Part shown: positions 9,017-20,746 of the stretch, in pieces
Numbering within the stretch: position 1 is the stretch's first letter
Layout: every line of letters starts with the position of its first letter
Assembly (NCBI GenBank): GCA_964202905.1
Contig: CAXNJO010000004.1
Span: 1 to 64,000, forward strand
Length of the DNA stretch: 64,000 nucleotides
From: Polyangiales bacterium
Lineage (GTDB): Bacteria > Myxococcota_A > Polyangia > Polyangiales > JADJQN01
Reading direction: 5' to 3'
Translations under genes and position numbers: made by a program
The notes under the pieces: generated by a model
The model's input: only the letters and a program-made list of their open reading frames with translations
Told to the model about the DNA's origin: nothing
The model's database searches: none

Positions 9017-10334
9017 GTGTCACGCACGATCCGATCTGTCGCGGTGCCCCCGGGCAGCGCGCGGCAGACCGCTGTAGAGTCGCGCATCCGCCATGTCCTT
9101 CCGCGTCCCGGCCCCGCGCTCGCGGTGCCGGGTCTCTGCACGCTCCTCGCCGTCGCGCTGTTGGCGGCGGCGACCGTCGTCGCGCGCGCCGAGGCCGCCG
9201 AGCAGGACGTCGAGTCGGCGCTCGACGCGGCGGCGCCTGCGACGGGCCCGATCGCCGTGGAAGGCGGCGCGCACGTCCTCGTCGAGGTCTGCGTGTCGCC
9301 GGCGCCCCGGGGCGCGGAGGCGCTGGCCTTGCTCGTCGAGGCCCCGGTCCCTTCGTCGCCGAGCGCCGTCGTCGCGGTGCGGACGCTGAGCGAGGCGACG
9401 CTCGGCGCGGCGCGACGCGGGCCGGACGGGGCGTGCTGGACCGCGCACGAGGGCGTGTCCCAGCGCCGCGGTGTCGTGCAGGTGCGGCTCGCGGACGGCG
9501 AGGACCTCGCGGCGCGCGCGGTGGTCGCGCGGGTGCACCTGCGCGGCGCGCCGAGCGCGTGGGAGCCGCTCGTGAGGCTCGCCGTGGCGCTCGCGGCGCT
9601 CGCGCTCGCGTTGGCGGTCGCGCGGCGGGTTCGCACGCCCGAGGTCGCCCCGCCCTCGACGCGCGGGCGGGCGGGCGCGCTCGTGGTCCTCGCGCTCGGC
9701 GTGGCGTGCGCAGCAGCCGCCTCGCACGCGGTCCGCTACGTGGGGGACGTCGGCGCGAGCGGGGGATTCGCCCGCGGCTTGAGCCTCGCAGTCACTGAGG
9801 TCGCGCTGGCCTTCGCGCTCGCGGCCGCTCTCGCGCGCCACGGCCACGCGCCGACCGCGGGCCTCCTCGGGCTGCACGGTCCGCGCGGCGGAGGCGTCGC
9901 GCTCGGCGGCATCGGTCGCGACCGGCGCGGTCTGCGCCGTGGCGGCGACAGCGCTGCTGCGGTTCGTCCCGGGCAGCCCGATCGATGCGCCGATCGAGGT
10001 CTTCGTCGCGCGGCCGAGCGGTGCGCTGGCCTTCGGGGCGATGGCGCTCGCGGTGCCGCTCGCCGAGGAAGTCTTCTTTCGTGGATTCGTCCATGGCTCC
10101 GCGGCGCGCGCGCTCGGTGCCCCCGCGGCGGTCGTCGCCTCGAGCACGCTCTTCGTGCTCGCGCATGCGCCGCAGGCGTGGGGCGCGTGGGGCGGGCTCG
10201 GGGCGGTCGCGCTGCTCGGGACGACGCTGGCGCTGTTGCGGGCGGTCACCGGCAGCTGCGCGACGACGATGCTCGCGCACCTCGCGTACAACGTCGTGTT
10301 GACGGCGCCCGGTTGGTTCCCGGCTGCCGAATGA
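9017..10334 (+). pseudogene. CPBP/Abi (CAAX protease family) intramembrane metalloprotease with N-terminal extracytoplasmic domain; frameshifted or sequencing error; start uncertain
   Basis: The C-terminal frame (9939..10334) has PLAEEVFFRG, FVLAH and AHLAYN motifs. The N-terminal membrane-protein frame (from 9017) degenerates near 9880-9910. Confidence 0.65.
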
Positions 10335-10395
10335 CCCGCGCCGGTCGGCGCTCACGCGCACCGACCGGCTCGATCGGTCCGCGACGGCCTCCGCG

Positions 10396-12102
<1,707 letters not shown>

Positions 12103-12256
12103 CGTGGCGGGGTCCGTTCTGTGAGGGCGGGGCAGGGATGCAGCGCCGGGCTCACCCGGCGGCTGCGGGAAGGCGAGTGGCGCTACAGTCGGGGGGCGCG
12201 CGCCGGCTTGTCAAGCGCGGGCGCGCATCGCGCGGGCTCTGATAAGGTGCTGCCCG

Positions 12257-13420
12257 GTGAGAGAGCTGCGCAGACTCTTCTCGCGCGGGCTGCGGCTCGC
12301 CCGGGCCGCGGAGGCCGAGGGGCGCTACCGCGACGCCGCGCGGCTCCACGCCGAGTCGGGCGCGCTCGACGCGGCGGCCGAGGCGCTGCTGTTTCTCGCG
12401 GCGCGTGCGCCCACGCTACGCGAGCGCGCCGACGCCTACGAGGATGCGCTGCGCTTCCTGCCCGAGGACGCGCCGCGCCGGGCCGAGGTCGAGGTGCAGC
12501 TCGGCCTGACGCGCCTCGAGGACGCACGTCTCCGTGGTCCGGGGCACGCCGAGGAGCGCCGGGTGCTCGCGGAAGCGGCGGCGCGGCTCGAGGCGCGCGG
12601 GCGACACGCGGACGCAGCGGGGGCGTGGGAGCTGCTCGGCCGCGCGGAGGACCTCGCGCGCTGCCTCACAGCGGCCGGTGACATCGAGCGCCTCGAGGTG
12701 CTCCTCGAGGGCGAGCGGCGCGCGCTGTCGCGCGAGCGCGTCGTGCGTGCGGCCGTCTCGGAGTACGAACTCGGCGTGTCGCTGGGGCAGCGGCTCGAGG
12801 CGCGGGCGGCCCTCGCGGGCGCGCTCGCCGACGTGCCGGACGACGCGGCGCTGATCGCGCTCCTGCGCGGCCTCGAGGCGCGTCTCGTCGGGGGCGGGGC
12901 CGTCACGCTGTGCGTGGGCGAGCGAACGATCGGGTTCGTCGGCACGCTGCCCGCCGGGCTCGGGCGTGACACGGAGGTGCGCGTGCGCGGCGCGTCGGTC
13001 TCGCGTCGGCACGCGGAAATCGCGCTCGCCGACGACGGGACGCTCGTCGTGCGCGACGCGGGGAGCCGCAACGGGACGCTGGTCGCGGGGCTGCCGCTCG
13101 GCGCACCGCTCGCGCTCGACGCGCCGCGCACGATCGGGCTCGGCGACGACGTCGCGGTGCGGCTCGCGCCTGCGGGCGGCGCAATCGCGGTGGAGGTCGA
13201 GCGGGGCCCCGATCGCGGGGCGCGCTACGTCGTGGGCGCGGGCGCGCTCCCGATCCCCGGCGTGCGCGCAAGTGTCGATTTTTGCGAAGGTTTCGCGCGG
13301 GTCGTCGCAGACGAGGCTGCCGCGCTGCAGCTCGGTGAGCGCGCGTGTCGCGGCCCGGTCGTGCTGCTGCGCGGGGACGTGCTCCGCGTCGACGACGTCA
13401 CCTTCGCGGTGCCCGAGTGA
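12257..13420 (+). CDS. FHA domain protein with N-terminal helical/TPR-like region
   Basis: LGR...VSRRHAEI...VVRDAGSRNGTLV FHA signature. Confidence 0.8.
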   Translation: MRELRRLFSRGLRLARAAEAEGRYRDAARLHAESGALDAAAEALLFLAARAPTLRERADAYEDALRFLPEDAPRRAEVEVQLGLTRLEDARLRGPGHAEERRVLAEAAARLEARGRHADAAGAWELLGRAEDLARCLTAAGDIERLEVLLEGERRALSRERVVRAAVSEYELGVSLGQRLEARAALAGALADVPDDAALIALLRGLEARLVGGGAVTLCVGERTIGFVGTLPAGLGRDTEVRVRGASVSRRHAEIALADDGTLVVRDAGSRNGTLVAGLPLGAPLALDAPRTIGLGDDVAVRLAPAGGAIAVEVERGPDRGARYVVGAGALPIPGVRASVDFCEGFARVVADEAAALQLGERACRGPVVLLRGDVLRVDDVTFAVPE

Positions 13421-14715
13421 GCCGCTGGTCGCGCTGGAAGAAGCGGCTCTTCGGCGAGGGGGACGCGTCGGAGGGCGTCGGGCCTGCGCCCGAGGCGCGC
13501 CTCGCCGCCGACGGAGTGGTCGTCCCCGCACAGTTGCCTCCCGCGGCGCCGGACACGGCCGCGCGCGTGCTCGAGGACGCGACGCGCGGGGATGCGGCGG
13601 CGGACGCAGGGGCGCTCGTCGCAGCCGTCGACGCGCTCGCCCGACGCGGACGTGAACTCGAGGCGCTGCGCCTCGGGCGGCGCGCGCTCCTCGTGCATCC
13701 GCAGGCCGACGTGCTCGCCGTGCGGCTCGCCGAAATCGCCGCGGGGCGGGGCGACGACGCGCTCGCTGCGGCGTTGCTCGAGCCGCTGCTCCAGGGTCCC
13801 GCGTCACCGCTCGCGGCGCTCGTGCTCGCGGGCGAGCTCGCGGAGCGGCGTGGTGACCCGCGAGAGGCCCTCGCGGCGTACGAGCGCGCGCTCGCGCGGG
13901 ACATCGATCTGCCGCGCGCGAGAGAGCGCGCCGCCCGGCTGCGCGAAGGGCAGAGTGGGGCGCGCACGCGCGAGGGCGCCACGTTGCTCGCCGACGGGGC
14001 GCTCGCGCGGGGCCGCTATCGCGTGCTGCGCGAGCTGGGGCGGGGCGGCGCAGGGACGGTGTTCGCGGTGCGCGACACCCACACGGAGCGCGTGATCGCG
14101 CTGAAGCTCTATCTCGGTCGCGGCCCGCTCGAGCGCGCGCGGCTGCGCGGGGAGGCATGCTTCGCCGCCTCGCTCGCGCACCCGGGCGTCGTGCGCATCT
14201 TCGATCTCGACGAGTCGCTCCTCGCGATCGCGATGGAGCACGTCGCGGAGGGCAGCGTGCGCGATGCGCTCCGTCGCGGGTCCATCCCCTTTCAGCGAGC
14301 GCACCGATGGCTCTCGAGTGCGGCCGATGCGCTCTCGTTCGTGCACGCGGCGGGCGTCGTGCACCGGGACCTCAAGCCCTCGAACTGGCTCGTTCGCGCG
14401 GATGACTCGGTCGTGCTCACCGACTTCGGCCTCGCGCGGCGGATCGGAGAAAAGCCCGTCGCCGCGGAGGGGGCGCCACAGCAAGGGGAGGGCACGCTCG
14501 CCTACATGCCGCCCGAGCAGCACGCCGGCCTCGCCGTGGCGCCCTCGGCCGATGTGCATGCGCTCGGCGCGACGATGCGCGAGCTGCTCGCGGCCACGGA
14601 CGGGGCGGTGCCCGCGGAGCTCCGCGCGCTCGCCGAGGCGTGCACCTCGCCCGCGCCGGACGCGCGCCCCTCCCTCGACGCGGTGCGCGCGGCGCTCCGC
14701 GTGGCGGCCCGATGA
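13417..14715 (+). CDS. Ser/Thr protein kinase with N-terminal TPR-like region
   Basis: LGRGGAGTV, ALK, HRDLKPSN, DFGLA, GTLAYMPPE; GTGA overlap with the FHA gene. Confidence 0.9.
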   Translation: MSRWSRWKKRLFGEGDASEGVGPAPEARLAADGVVVPAQLPPAAPDTAARVLEDATRGDAAADAGALVAAVDALARRGRELEALRLGRRALLVHPQADVLAVRLAEIAAGRGDDALAAALLEPLLQGPASPLAALVLAGELAERRGDPREALAAYERALARDIDLPRARERAARLREGQSGARTREGATLLADGALARGRYRVLRELGRGGAGTVFAVRDTHTERVIALKLYLGRGPLERARLRGEACFAASLAHPGVVRIFDLDESLLAIAMEHVAEGSVRDALRRGSIPFQRAHRWLSSAADALSFVHAAGVVHRDLKPSNWLVRADDSVVLTDFGLARRIGEKPVAAEGAPQQGEGTLAYMPPEQHAGLAVAPSADVHALGATMRELLAATDGAVPAELRALAEACTSPAPDARPSLDAVRAALRVAAR

Positions 14716-15806
14716 GCGTCGCGTCGCGGCCCGTCGTCGGTGCCGCGCGCCGCGTCGTCGCGCTCGACGTGCTGCGGCTCGTCGCGTCGTTCCAGATGAT
14801 CCAGGGCCACACGCTCGGTGGCCTCGCCGCGCCCGCGGCGCTCGCAGGGCCGCTCTTCGGCGCGTGGACGTACGCGCGCGGGCTGACGTCGGTCGCGTTC
14901 CTCTTCGCGGCGGGGCTCTCGTTCCAACTGACGACGCTCGTCGATCTGCCCCGTCACCTCGCGAATCGCGCCGCGTCGCGCCAGCGGCTCACCCGCGCGG
15001 GGCTCCTCCTGGTGCTTGGCTACGCGCTGCATGCGCCGTTCGGGACGCCGCTCGCGAAAGCGCTCATCGTCGATGTGTTGCAGTGCATCGGCGCGTCGCT
15101 CGCGCTCGCCGAGTTGCTCGTGCTCGCGCTGCGGCGCGCTCGGTCGGTGGTGCTCGCGGCGGGCGCGCTCGGTGTGCTCGCTCTGAGCCTCGCGCCGCAC
15201 ACGGCTGCCATCTCGGCTGATGGTGTGTTCTCCGTGTTCGCGAACTACGTGACGCGCACGGGAGGCTCGCTCTTCCCGCTCACGCCCTATGCGGGCTTCT
15301 TCTTCGCGGGCGTCGTCGCGGGCGCGCTCGCCTTCCCGCAGGGCGCCGCGACGCCCCGCGGTCGAAGCCTCATTCGCCTCGTGCTCGTCGCGGCGCTGCT
15401 TTGCCTGACGGCTGCGTGGATCGCGCGTGTCGAAGTGTCCGTCGACCCGCAGGTCGATCTCGCCTTCGCGCTGCGCAAACTCGCGCTCGTCGTCGCCGTG
15501 CTCGCGTTGCTGGTGCTGGTGTCGTGGAAGCTCGCGCGTCTCCCGCGCGTGCTCGAGCGCCTCAGCGGCGAGACGCTCGTGCTCTACGTCGTGCATCTTC
15601 AGTTGCTCTACCCGCCGACCGTCGGCCTCGTGCACTGGGTGGGGCCCGTGCTCTCTCTGCCAGCGGCGATGGCGGTCGCCTTTGTGCTCATGCTCGTCTC
15701 GGCGGCGGCGGCGCTTCTGTGGACTGGGCGGAAGCGTCGACGCGGGCGCAGTGCAGGCGTATCCAGCGCCCGGCCAGCGGCGGCGGGAGACGCGCCGCGG
15801 CGTTGA
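14712..15806 (+). CDS. DUF1624/HGSNAT-like membrane acyltransferase
   Basis: ALDVLRLVASFQMIQGH, FLFAAGLS, DVLQCIG, FPLTPY; multi-pass hydrophobic; ATGA overlap with the kinase. Confidence 0.75.
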   Translation: MSVASRPVVGAARRVVALDVLRLVASFQMIQGHTLGGLAAPAALAGPLFGAWTYARGLTSVAFLFAAGLSFQLTTLVDLPRHLANRAASRQRLTRAGLLLVLGYALHAPFGTPLAKALIVDVLQCIGASLALAELLVLALRRARSVVLAAGALGVLALSLAPHTAAISADGVFSVFANYVTRTGGSLFPLTPYAGFFFAGVVAGALAFPQGAATPRGRSLIRLVLVAALLCLTAAWIARVEVSVDPQVDLAFALRKLALVVAVLALLVLVSWKLARLPRVLERLSGETLVLYVVHLQLLYPPTVGLVHWVGPVLSLPAAMAVAFVLMLVSAAAALLWTGRKRRRGRSAGVSSARPAAAGDAPRR

Positions 15807-15855
15807 CGCGGATGCGCCGTCGACGCACCTTCCGCAGGTCGTCGACGGAGGCCCC

Positions 15856-16140
15856 ATGCGTGTCGCGTCCTACGCCGTGTGTACGTTCATGTTCGGCGTG
15901 TCGCTGTTCGTGTCGCGCTCGTCGCCGCCCTCGTCGGGGGCCCCGCGCGCGCCTGAGACGACGATGCCGGTCTCGGCGGCGTCGCGCGCGGCTGCGCCCG
16001 CGGGGGAGCCGCGGCTCTGCGTCGCGGAGCCGGTGTTCGGCTGCGGTGAGGTGCGCTGCACGCGCGACGCGGATTGCCCGAGCACTTGCGGGGGCTGCAT
16101 CGCGTGGTCGGGCACCTGCGCGCTCTTCCGGCCGCAGTGA
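15856..16140 (+). CDS. Small Cys-rich, probably exported protein (94 aa)
   Basis: GGAGG RBS at 15847-15851, hydrophobic N-terminus, C-terminal CVAEPVFGCGEVRCTRDADCPSTCGGCIAWSGTC. Confidence 0.65.
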   Translation: MRVASYAVCTFMFGVSLFVSRSSPPSSGAPRAPETTMPVSAASRAAAPAGEPRLCVAEPVFGCGEVRCTRDADCPSTCGGCIAWSGTCALFRPQ

Positions 16141-16194
16141 GGCGCTGACGCGAGCGCGGCGCGCGCAGGCCGGCCCGCGCGCAACGCCCGACGA

Positions 16195-16223
16195 TTGATC
16201 GGCGTGGCAAACGGGTCTACACA
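16195..16223 (+). promoter_or_regulatory. Putative sigma70-type promoter
   Basis: TTGATC-17 nt-TACACA upstream of a GGAG RBS and GTG 16248. Confidence 0.4.
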
Positions 16224-16247
16224 CCCGCTCCGCACGAGGGAGCAAGC

Positions 16248-17132
16248 GTGGCGAAGCCCAAGAAGATTCCGGTCCCGGGCCAGTCGGCCGCGGCGCCCGT
16301 CCAACTCGAGAAGCCGGGCCTCAAGTGGAAGGTCATCGCCCAGATCGTGGGCGCGTTCGTGATCCTGTGGGTCACGGCGGCGATGACGATCCCGTACATC
16401 AGCTACTGGGGCGTCGGCGTCGTGGCCGTCCTCACGCTCGCGGCCATCGGCTTCGGCATCTACATCTGGCGCCTGACGCGCCGCACCTCGGCGATCGCCG
16501 ACATCTTGCAAGGCGCGCGTAACGCCGAGGGGCGCAAGGCCGCCCTCGAGAAGCTCGCGGGTGGGGACGCGAAGGACGCGCTGAACGCGCTCGCGACCGC
16601 GCAGCTTCAGGCACAGGAAGACCCGAACAAGGCGATCGAGACGCTCGTCGCCGTCGACATCGAGAAGGCGCCGATCACGGTTCAGGACGAGCTGCGTTCG
16701 ATGCTCGCGCTGCTCTACCTCGCGGTGAACAAGCCGCGCGACGCGCGGCCCGTCGCCGACAAGATCCGCCTCGATCGTCAGGGCAACGCCAAGGCGAAGG
16801 CGATGGCCGCGGCGGTCATCGCCGAGACCTTCGCGCGCACGGGCAACCCCGAGCAGGCGCGCGTGCTCCTCGAGACCTACAAGGCCGACGACGAGAGCCT
16901 CGCCGAGCTGCGCCCCGTGTTGCTGCGGGCGCAGGTGTGGACCTTCTTCGCGCTCACCAAGCGCGGCCTCGCGCGCAAGGCGATGGACGGGCTCGTCGCG
17001 CTCGATCCGAACCAGGTCGCGCCCTTCCTCGACCCGAAGGCGAGCCCGGATCTCCAGAAGATCGCGCTCGCCGCGCTCGAGGGCGCGGGGTACCAGGCCA
17101 GACCCAAGACGAAGATGCGGGTCGCGAGGTAG
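16248..17132 (+). CDS. Membrane protein (two N-terminal TM helices) with helical/TPR-like domain
   Basis: Strong coding signature, two hydrophobic segments, Lys-rich helical C-terminus; GGAG RBS. Confidence 0.8.
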   Translation: MAKPKKIPVPGQSAAAPVQLEKPGLKWKVIAQIVGAFVILWVTAAMTIPYISYWGVGVVAVLTLAAIGFGIYIWRLTRRTSAIADILQGARNAEGRKAALEKLAGGDAKDALNALATAQLQAQEDPNKAIETLVAVDIEKAPITVQDELRSMLALLYLAVNKPRDARPVADKIRLDRQGNAKAKAMAAAVIAETFARTGNPEQARVLLETYKADDESLAELRPVLLRAQVWTFFALTKRGLARKAMDGLVALDPNQVAPFLDPKASPDLQKIALAALEGAGYQARPKTKMRVAR

Positions 17133-17135
17133 CGC

Positions 17136-18503
17136 GTGCCGAAGGACGCCGCGCGCGCGTCGTCCGCCGCTCCCGCCTCCCAGCGCGCGACCACTGCCGC
17201 CGTGGTCGCGCTCGCGGGGCCGGCCATCGGTCACTCGCTGCTCGAGACGCTCGTGTTCCTCGTCGATCGCGCGATGTTGGGGCGCCACGGCGCCGCGTCC
17301 CTCGCGTCGATGCAGATCAGCGGGCCGCTGACGTGGTCGGTGCTGAGCGTGATGGGGGCGTTCTCGGTGGGCGTCGTGGCGCTCGTCGGACGCGCCGCGG
17401 GCGCGGGGGAACGGGCGCTCGCGGGGGCCGCCGTTCGCGCGGGGCTCGGCCTCGCGGTGGTCGTCGGCGGCCTCGCCGGTGCGCTCGTGGTCGCGGGCAT
17501 GCCGTGGATTCTCGCGGCCTTCCCCGCGGCATCGCCGCCCGTTCAGGACGCGGCGCGCGGCTACCTCACCACGCTCGCGCCCGGCATGCCGCTGCTGCTC
17601 GTCGTGGGCGTCGCGGCCGCGTCGCTCCAGGCCGCGGGCGACACGCGCACGCCCTTCCTCGTCGCGCTGGTGGGCAACCTCGTCAACGTCGCGCTCAACA
17701 CCGTCCTGATCTTCGGCGCACTCGGCGTCCCTGCGCTCGGCGCGCGCGGCGCGGCCGCAGGTTCCGTCGCCGCGATGGCGGTGCAGGCGGCGCTGCTCGT
17801 CGCCGCGCTCGCGCGTCGCGACGGCCGCGTGAGCTTGCGGGGGCGCGGCGGGGAGCGCGCGGCGGCGCTGCGCTTTCTGCGCGTGTCGGGGCCTTCGTTC
17901 GCGGAGAAGGCCGTGCAACACGTCGGTTTCTTCGTGTTCGTGACGATGATCGGCGCGCTCGGCGCGACCGCGATGGCCGCCAACCAGACGATCGTCAGCC
18001 TCGAGTCGATCTGTTTCCTCAGCGCGGACGGCTTCGGCATCGCCGCGGCGTCCATCGTCGCGCAGCGGCTCGGCGCGCGGCTCCCCGACCAGGCGGCGCA
18101 TGCGGCGCGCGTCGCGACGGGCCTCGCGGTGGTTGCGCTCGGCACGGTGGGGCTGCTCTTCGCGGTCTTGCCGAACGTGCTCCTGCGGCTGTTCAGCAGT
18201 GACGCCGACATCCTCGCGGCGGCCGCGCCCGTGATGATCGTCGCCGCCATCTCGCAGCCGTTCATGGCGACCGGCGTGGTGCTCTCGCAGGCCGTCCGCG
18301 GTGCAGGCGACACGCGCGCGGCGCTCGGCGTGACGCTGCTCGGCGGGCTCGTCGTGCGGCTCGCTGCGACCGCGTATTTCACGCGGGTCGCGGGGCTCGG
18401 GCTCTACGGTGTCTGGCTCGGCTCGACGTGCGACTGGGTCGTGCGCTCGCTGCTGCTCGGCGTGATCTGGGCGCGCGGCGGCTGGAAGCGCGCCGTCGTG
18501 TGA
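17136..18503 (+). CDS. MATE family efflux transporter
   Basis: VDRAMLGR, AGDTRTP, NVALNTVLIFG, LGARGAA, RGAGDT duplicated halves; about 12 TM segments. Confidence 0.9.
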   Translation: MPKDAARASSAAPASQRATTAAVVALAGPAIGHSLLETLVFLVDRAMLGRHGAASLASMQISGPLTWSVLSVMGAFSVGVVALVGRAAGAGERALAGAAVRAGLGLAVVVGGLAGALVVAGMPWILAAFPAASPPVQDAARGYLTTLAPGMPLLLVVGVAAASLQAAGDTRTPFLVALVGNLVNVALNTVLIFGALGVPALGARGAAAGSVAAMAVQAALLVAALARRDGRVSLRGRGGERAAALRFLRVSGPSFAEKAVQHVGFFVFVTMIGALGATAMAANQTIVSLESICFLSADGFGIAAASIVAQRLGARLPDQAAHAARVATGLAVVALGTVGLLFAVLPNVLLRLFSSDADILAAAAPVMIVAAISQPFMATGVVLSQAVRGAGDTRAALGVTLLGGLVVRLAATAYFTRVAGLGLYGVWLGSTCDWVVRSLLLGVIWARGGWKRAVV

Positions 18504-18949
18504 GCCGCGCACGGCGGCGCGCCCACGCGTCGTGCGCCGCATTTTCGAAATCGCAACGACGGCCTGCTGCGGCTCGGTACCGTGGCGGCACGTCGCGCCG
18601 CCGCCCGTTGCTCGCCCCGCTGCTCGCCGTTGGCGTCCCGGCGGGCGTGCAGCGCGCGTGGAGGGCCCACGATCTCCACATCGGTTCCGCGCCGCTCACG
18701 ACCGACGTCGCCGCCACGCTGGAGGTGTTCTCGCAAGCCGGGGTCGAGGCCTCCGCGAAACAGGCTCTGGGAGAACGTCGTCGTTCCACCGCTCATCGTC
18801 TGGAACGAGCGATGGGACGGCTTGTTCATCGATTGTCCGGACGCGCGCCGCGGGATCAACGAGTGCAATCCGGAGTCGCAGGTCGGTGAGTCGTTTGGAT
18901 GCGCTGCGCGGGAACGTCGGAGGCCGCGACCGGCCCTGAGCCGCCCTGA

Positions 18950-20746
18950 TCAGCGCGGGCGACGGACGCGGCGGGGGCGATAGGGGTTGAGCGCGGGGGC
19001 TTCGTCGCGCTCGGGCGGCGAGGCAGCGGGTTGGCTGCGGTACGGATTCGGCGCGACGCGATAGGGGTTGGGCGTGACCCGCGCAGGGGGGCGGGGCGTG
19101 CGTGTCGGCGCGGCGCGTCGCGTGTCGCGCGGGGTCGGAGCGTCGGTGTCGACGCCCGCATCCACCGCGCCTGGTGCGACGCGCGTCGCAGAGCGCGTCT
19201 CGCGCGGGGGCGTGTGCGGTCGCGCATCGGGTGGATTCGAATCGGTGCTCCGCGTGTCGGCCGACGATGGAGAGTGGGATTCTGCGTCGTGTGGAGAGGC
19301 GGTTTCAGAATCGTATTCCGATAGGCCTTCTCGTGGCGTGGGAGAGGCCGTGTCGATCGCCCAGCGCAGGCCGATGCCGAAGGTGTCGACCTCCATCGCG
19401 TAGTCGCCGTTGCCGACGTAGACGGGATCCGCGGGCGTCGGGCGAATCGGGTTCGGCTGCGGCACGGCGCTGTTTCGCACGACCCGGTCACGCAGGAAGA
19501 AGTGCTGGTAGCTCGCGTCGAGGAAGAGTCCGCGCGCGACCTCGACGCTGAGCCCGAGCGCGAGCGTGACCTTGTCGGAGTCGAGCGTGAGCGGGGTCAG
19601 CGTCGCGTCGTCGAAGGCACCGTTCTCGTAGGCGAGCCCCGCGCGGACACCGACCGGTCCGCGCGTGTACTCGCCGCCGAGCCGCACGCTGAGCGTGTCG
19701 CGCATCTGCCGTGGGATCGTGACCGTCCCGATCTCGTAGTCGCCGAGCGCGAGCACGTCGCGCAGCCAGATGTCCTGCGGCGTGATCGTCAGCGCCTGCT
19801 GGCGCGACCAGAACTCGCCGACCACCGCTGCCTCGACGCGCAGCCCGGGGAGTGGCCGCAGCTCCGCGCCCGCCCGGAGAATCCAGGGGAAATCGAGCGA
19901 CGTCGCGGCGCGGTCCCCATCGACCCGCGCGCCGTCGAAGGCCGCCGCGCTCGGCAGCCGCACGCGCAGCGTCGCGGTCCCCTCGAGCGAATACGGCGTC
20001 AGCACGGACGCGCCGAGCCGCACGAGGCCGGCGTCGTAGATCACGCCGCCGCCGAAGGTCGCGCCGACGAGCGGGGCGAGCGAAAGCTCGGTGACGCCGT
20101 CGTAGTCGGGGTTCTCGGGCTGCGTGCAGATGGCGCGGTCGCACGCGCTCAACGTCGTGCGCACGCGGAACGCGCCCGTCACGAGCTGCGCCGTGACGCC
20201 GATCGAGAGGCGCGGCGTGGGGCGCCAGGCCGCGCCCGCCGCGACGTGCGCGAGCGCCGTGCCCGCCATCGAGAGAAGCGAATACCGCTGCGGCGCGGCG
20301 TCCGTGTTTCCGTCGATCACGACGGCGTCCGGCCACTCCGTGAGCAGGGCCGTGGGGGCGAAGACGCCGACCCCGAACGTCCAGTCGTGCAGGCCGAAGT
20401 CGTCCGAGTAGAAGGCGCCCGGGATGGGGACCGGGATGCCGCTGCCCTCGACCGCCGGCTGCGTCTCGCCGCCGCCGTCGATCCGCGCGAACGAGAGGCT
20501 CGGCGCGACGAGCGTCGCGTCGAGCTGGAGTTGTCGCCCGGCGCCGGCGAGGCCGGCGGGGTTGTACCAGAGCGCGTCCGGCGAGTCGGCGCCGGCGACG
20601 AGCGCGCCCGCACGGCCCGTCGCGCGCACGCCGCGATCGCCGAGGTAGAAGCCGCCCGCCCGCGCGTGCGGGGCCTGCGGCGCGAGCACCGCGACGAGCG
20701 CGAGGCACGCGCCGAGCGCCGCGCGGAGCGGGACGCCGCGCCTCAA
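18950..20746 (-). CDS. FadL/OmpP1-family outer-membrane channel with long C-terminal low-complexity extension
   Basis: Signal peptide then GGFYLGDRGVRATGRAGA...ALWYNPAGL hatch motif; amphipathic beta-strands; start overlaps the upstream lipoprotein stop. Confidence 0.8.
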   Translation of the reverse strand: MRRGVPLRAALGACLALVAVLAPQAPHARAGGFYLGDRGVRATGRAGALVAGADSPDALWYNPAGLAGAGRQLQLDATLVAPSLSFARIDGGGETQPAVEGSGIPVPIPGAFYSDDFGLHDWTFGVGVFAPTALLTEWPDAVVIDGNTDAAPQRYSLLSMAGTALAHVAAGAAWRPTPRLSIGVTAQLVTGAFRVRTTLSACDRAICTQPENPDYDGVTELSLAPLVGATFGGGVIYDAGLVRLGASVLTPYSLEGTATLRVRLPSAAAFDGARVDGDRAATSLDFPWILRAGAELRPLPGLRVEAAVVGEFWSRQQALTITPQDIWLRDVLALGDYEIGTVTIPRQMRDTLSVRLGGEYTRGPVGVRAGLAYENGAFDDATLTPLTLDSDKVTLALGLSVEVARGLFLDASYQHFFLRDRVVRNSAVPQPNPIRPTPADPVYVGNGDYAMEVDTFGIGLRWAIDTASPTPREGLSEYDSETASPHDAESHSPSSADTRSTDSNPPDARPHTPPRETRSATRVAPGAVDAGVDTDAPTPRDTRRAAPTRTPRPPARVTPNPYRVAPNPYRSQPAASPPERDEAPALNPYRPRRVRRPR

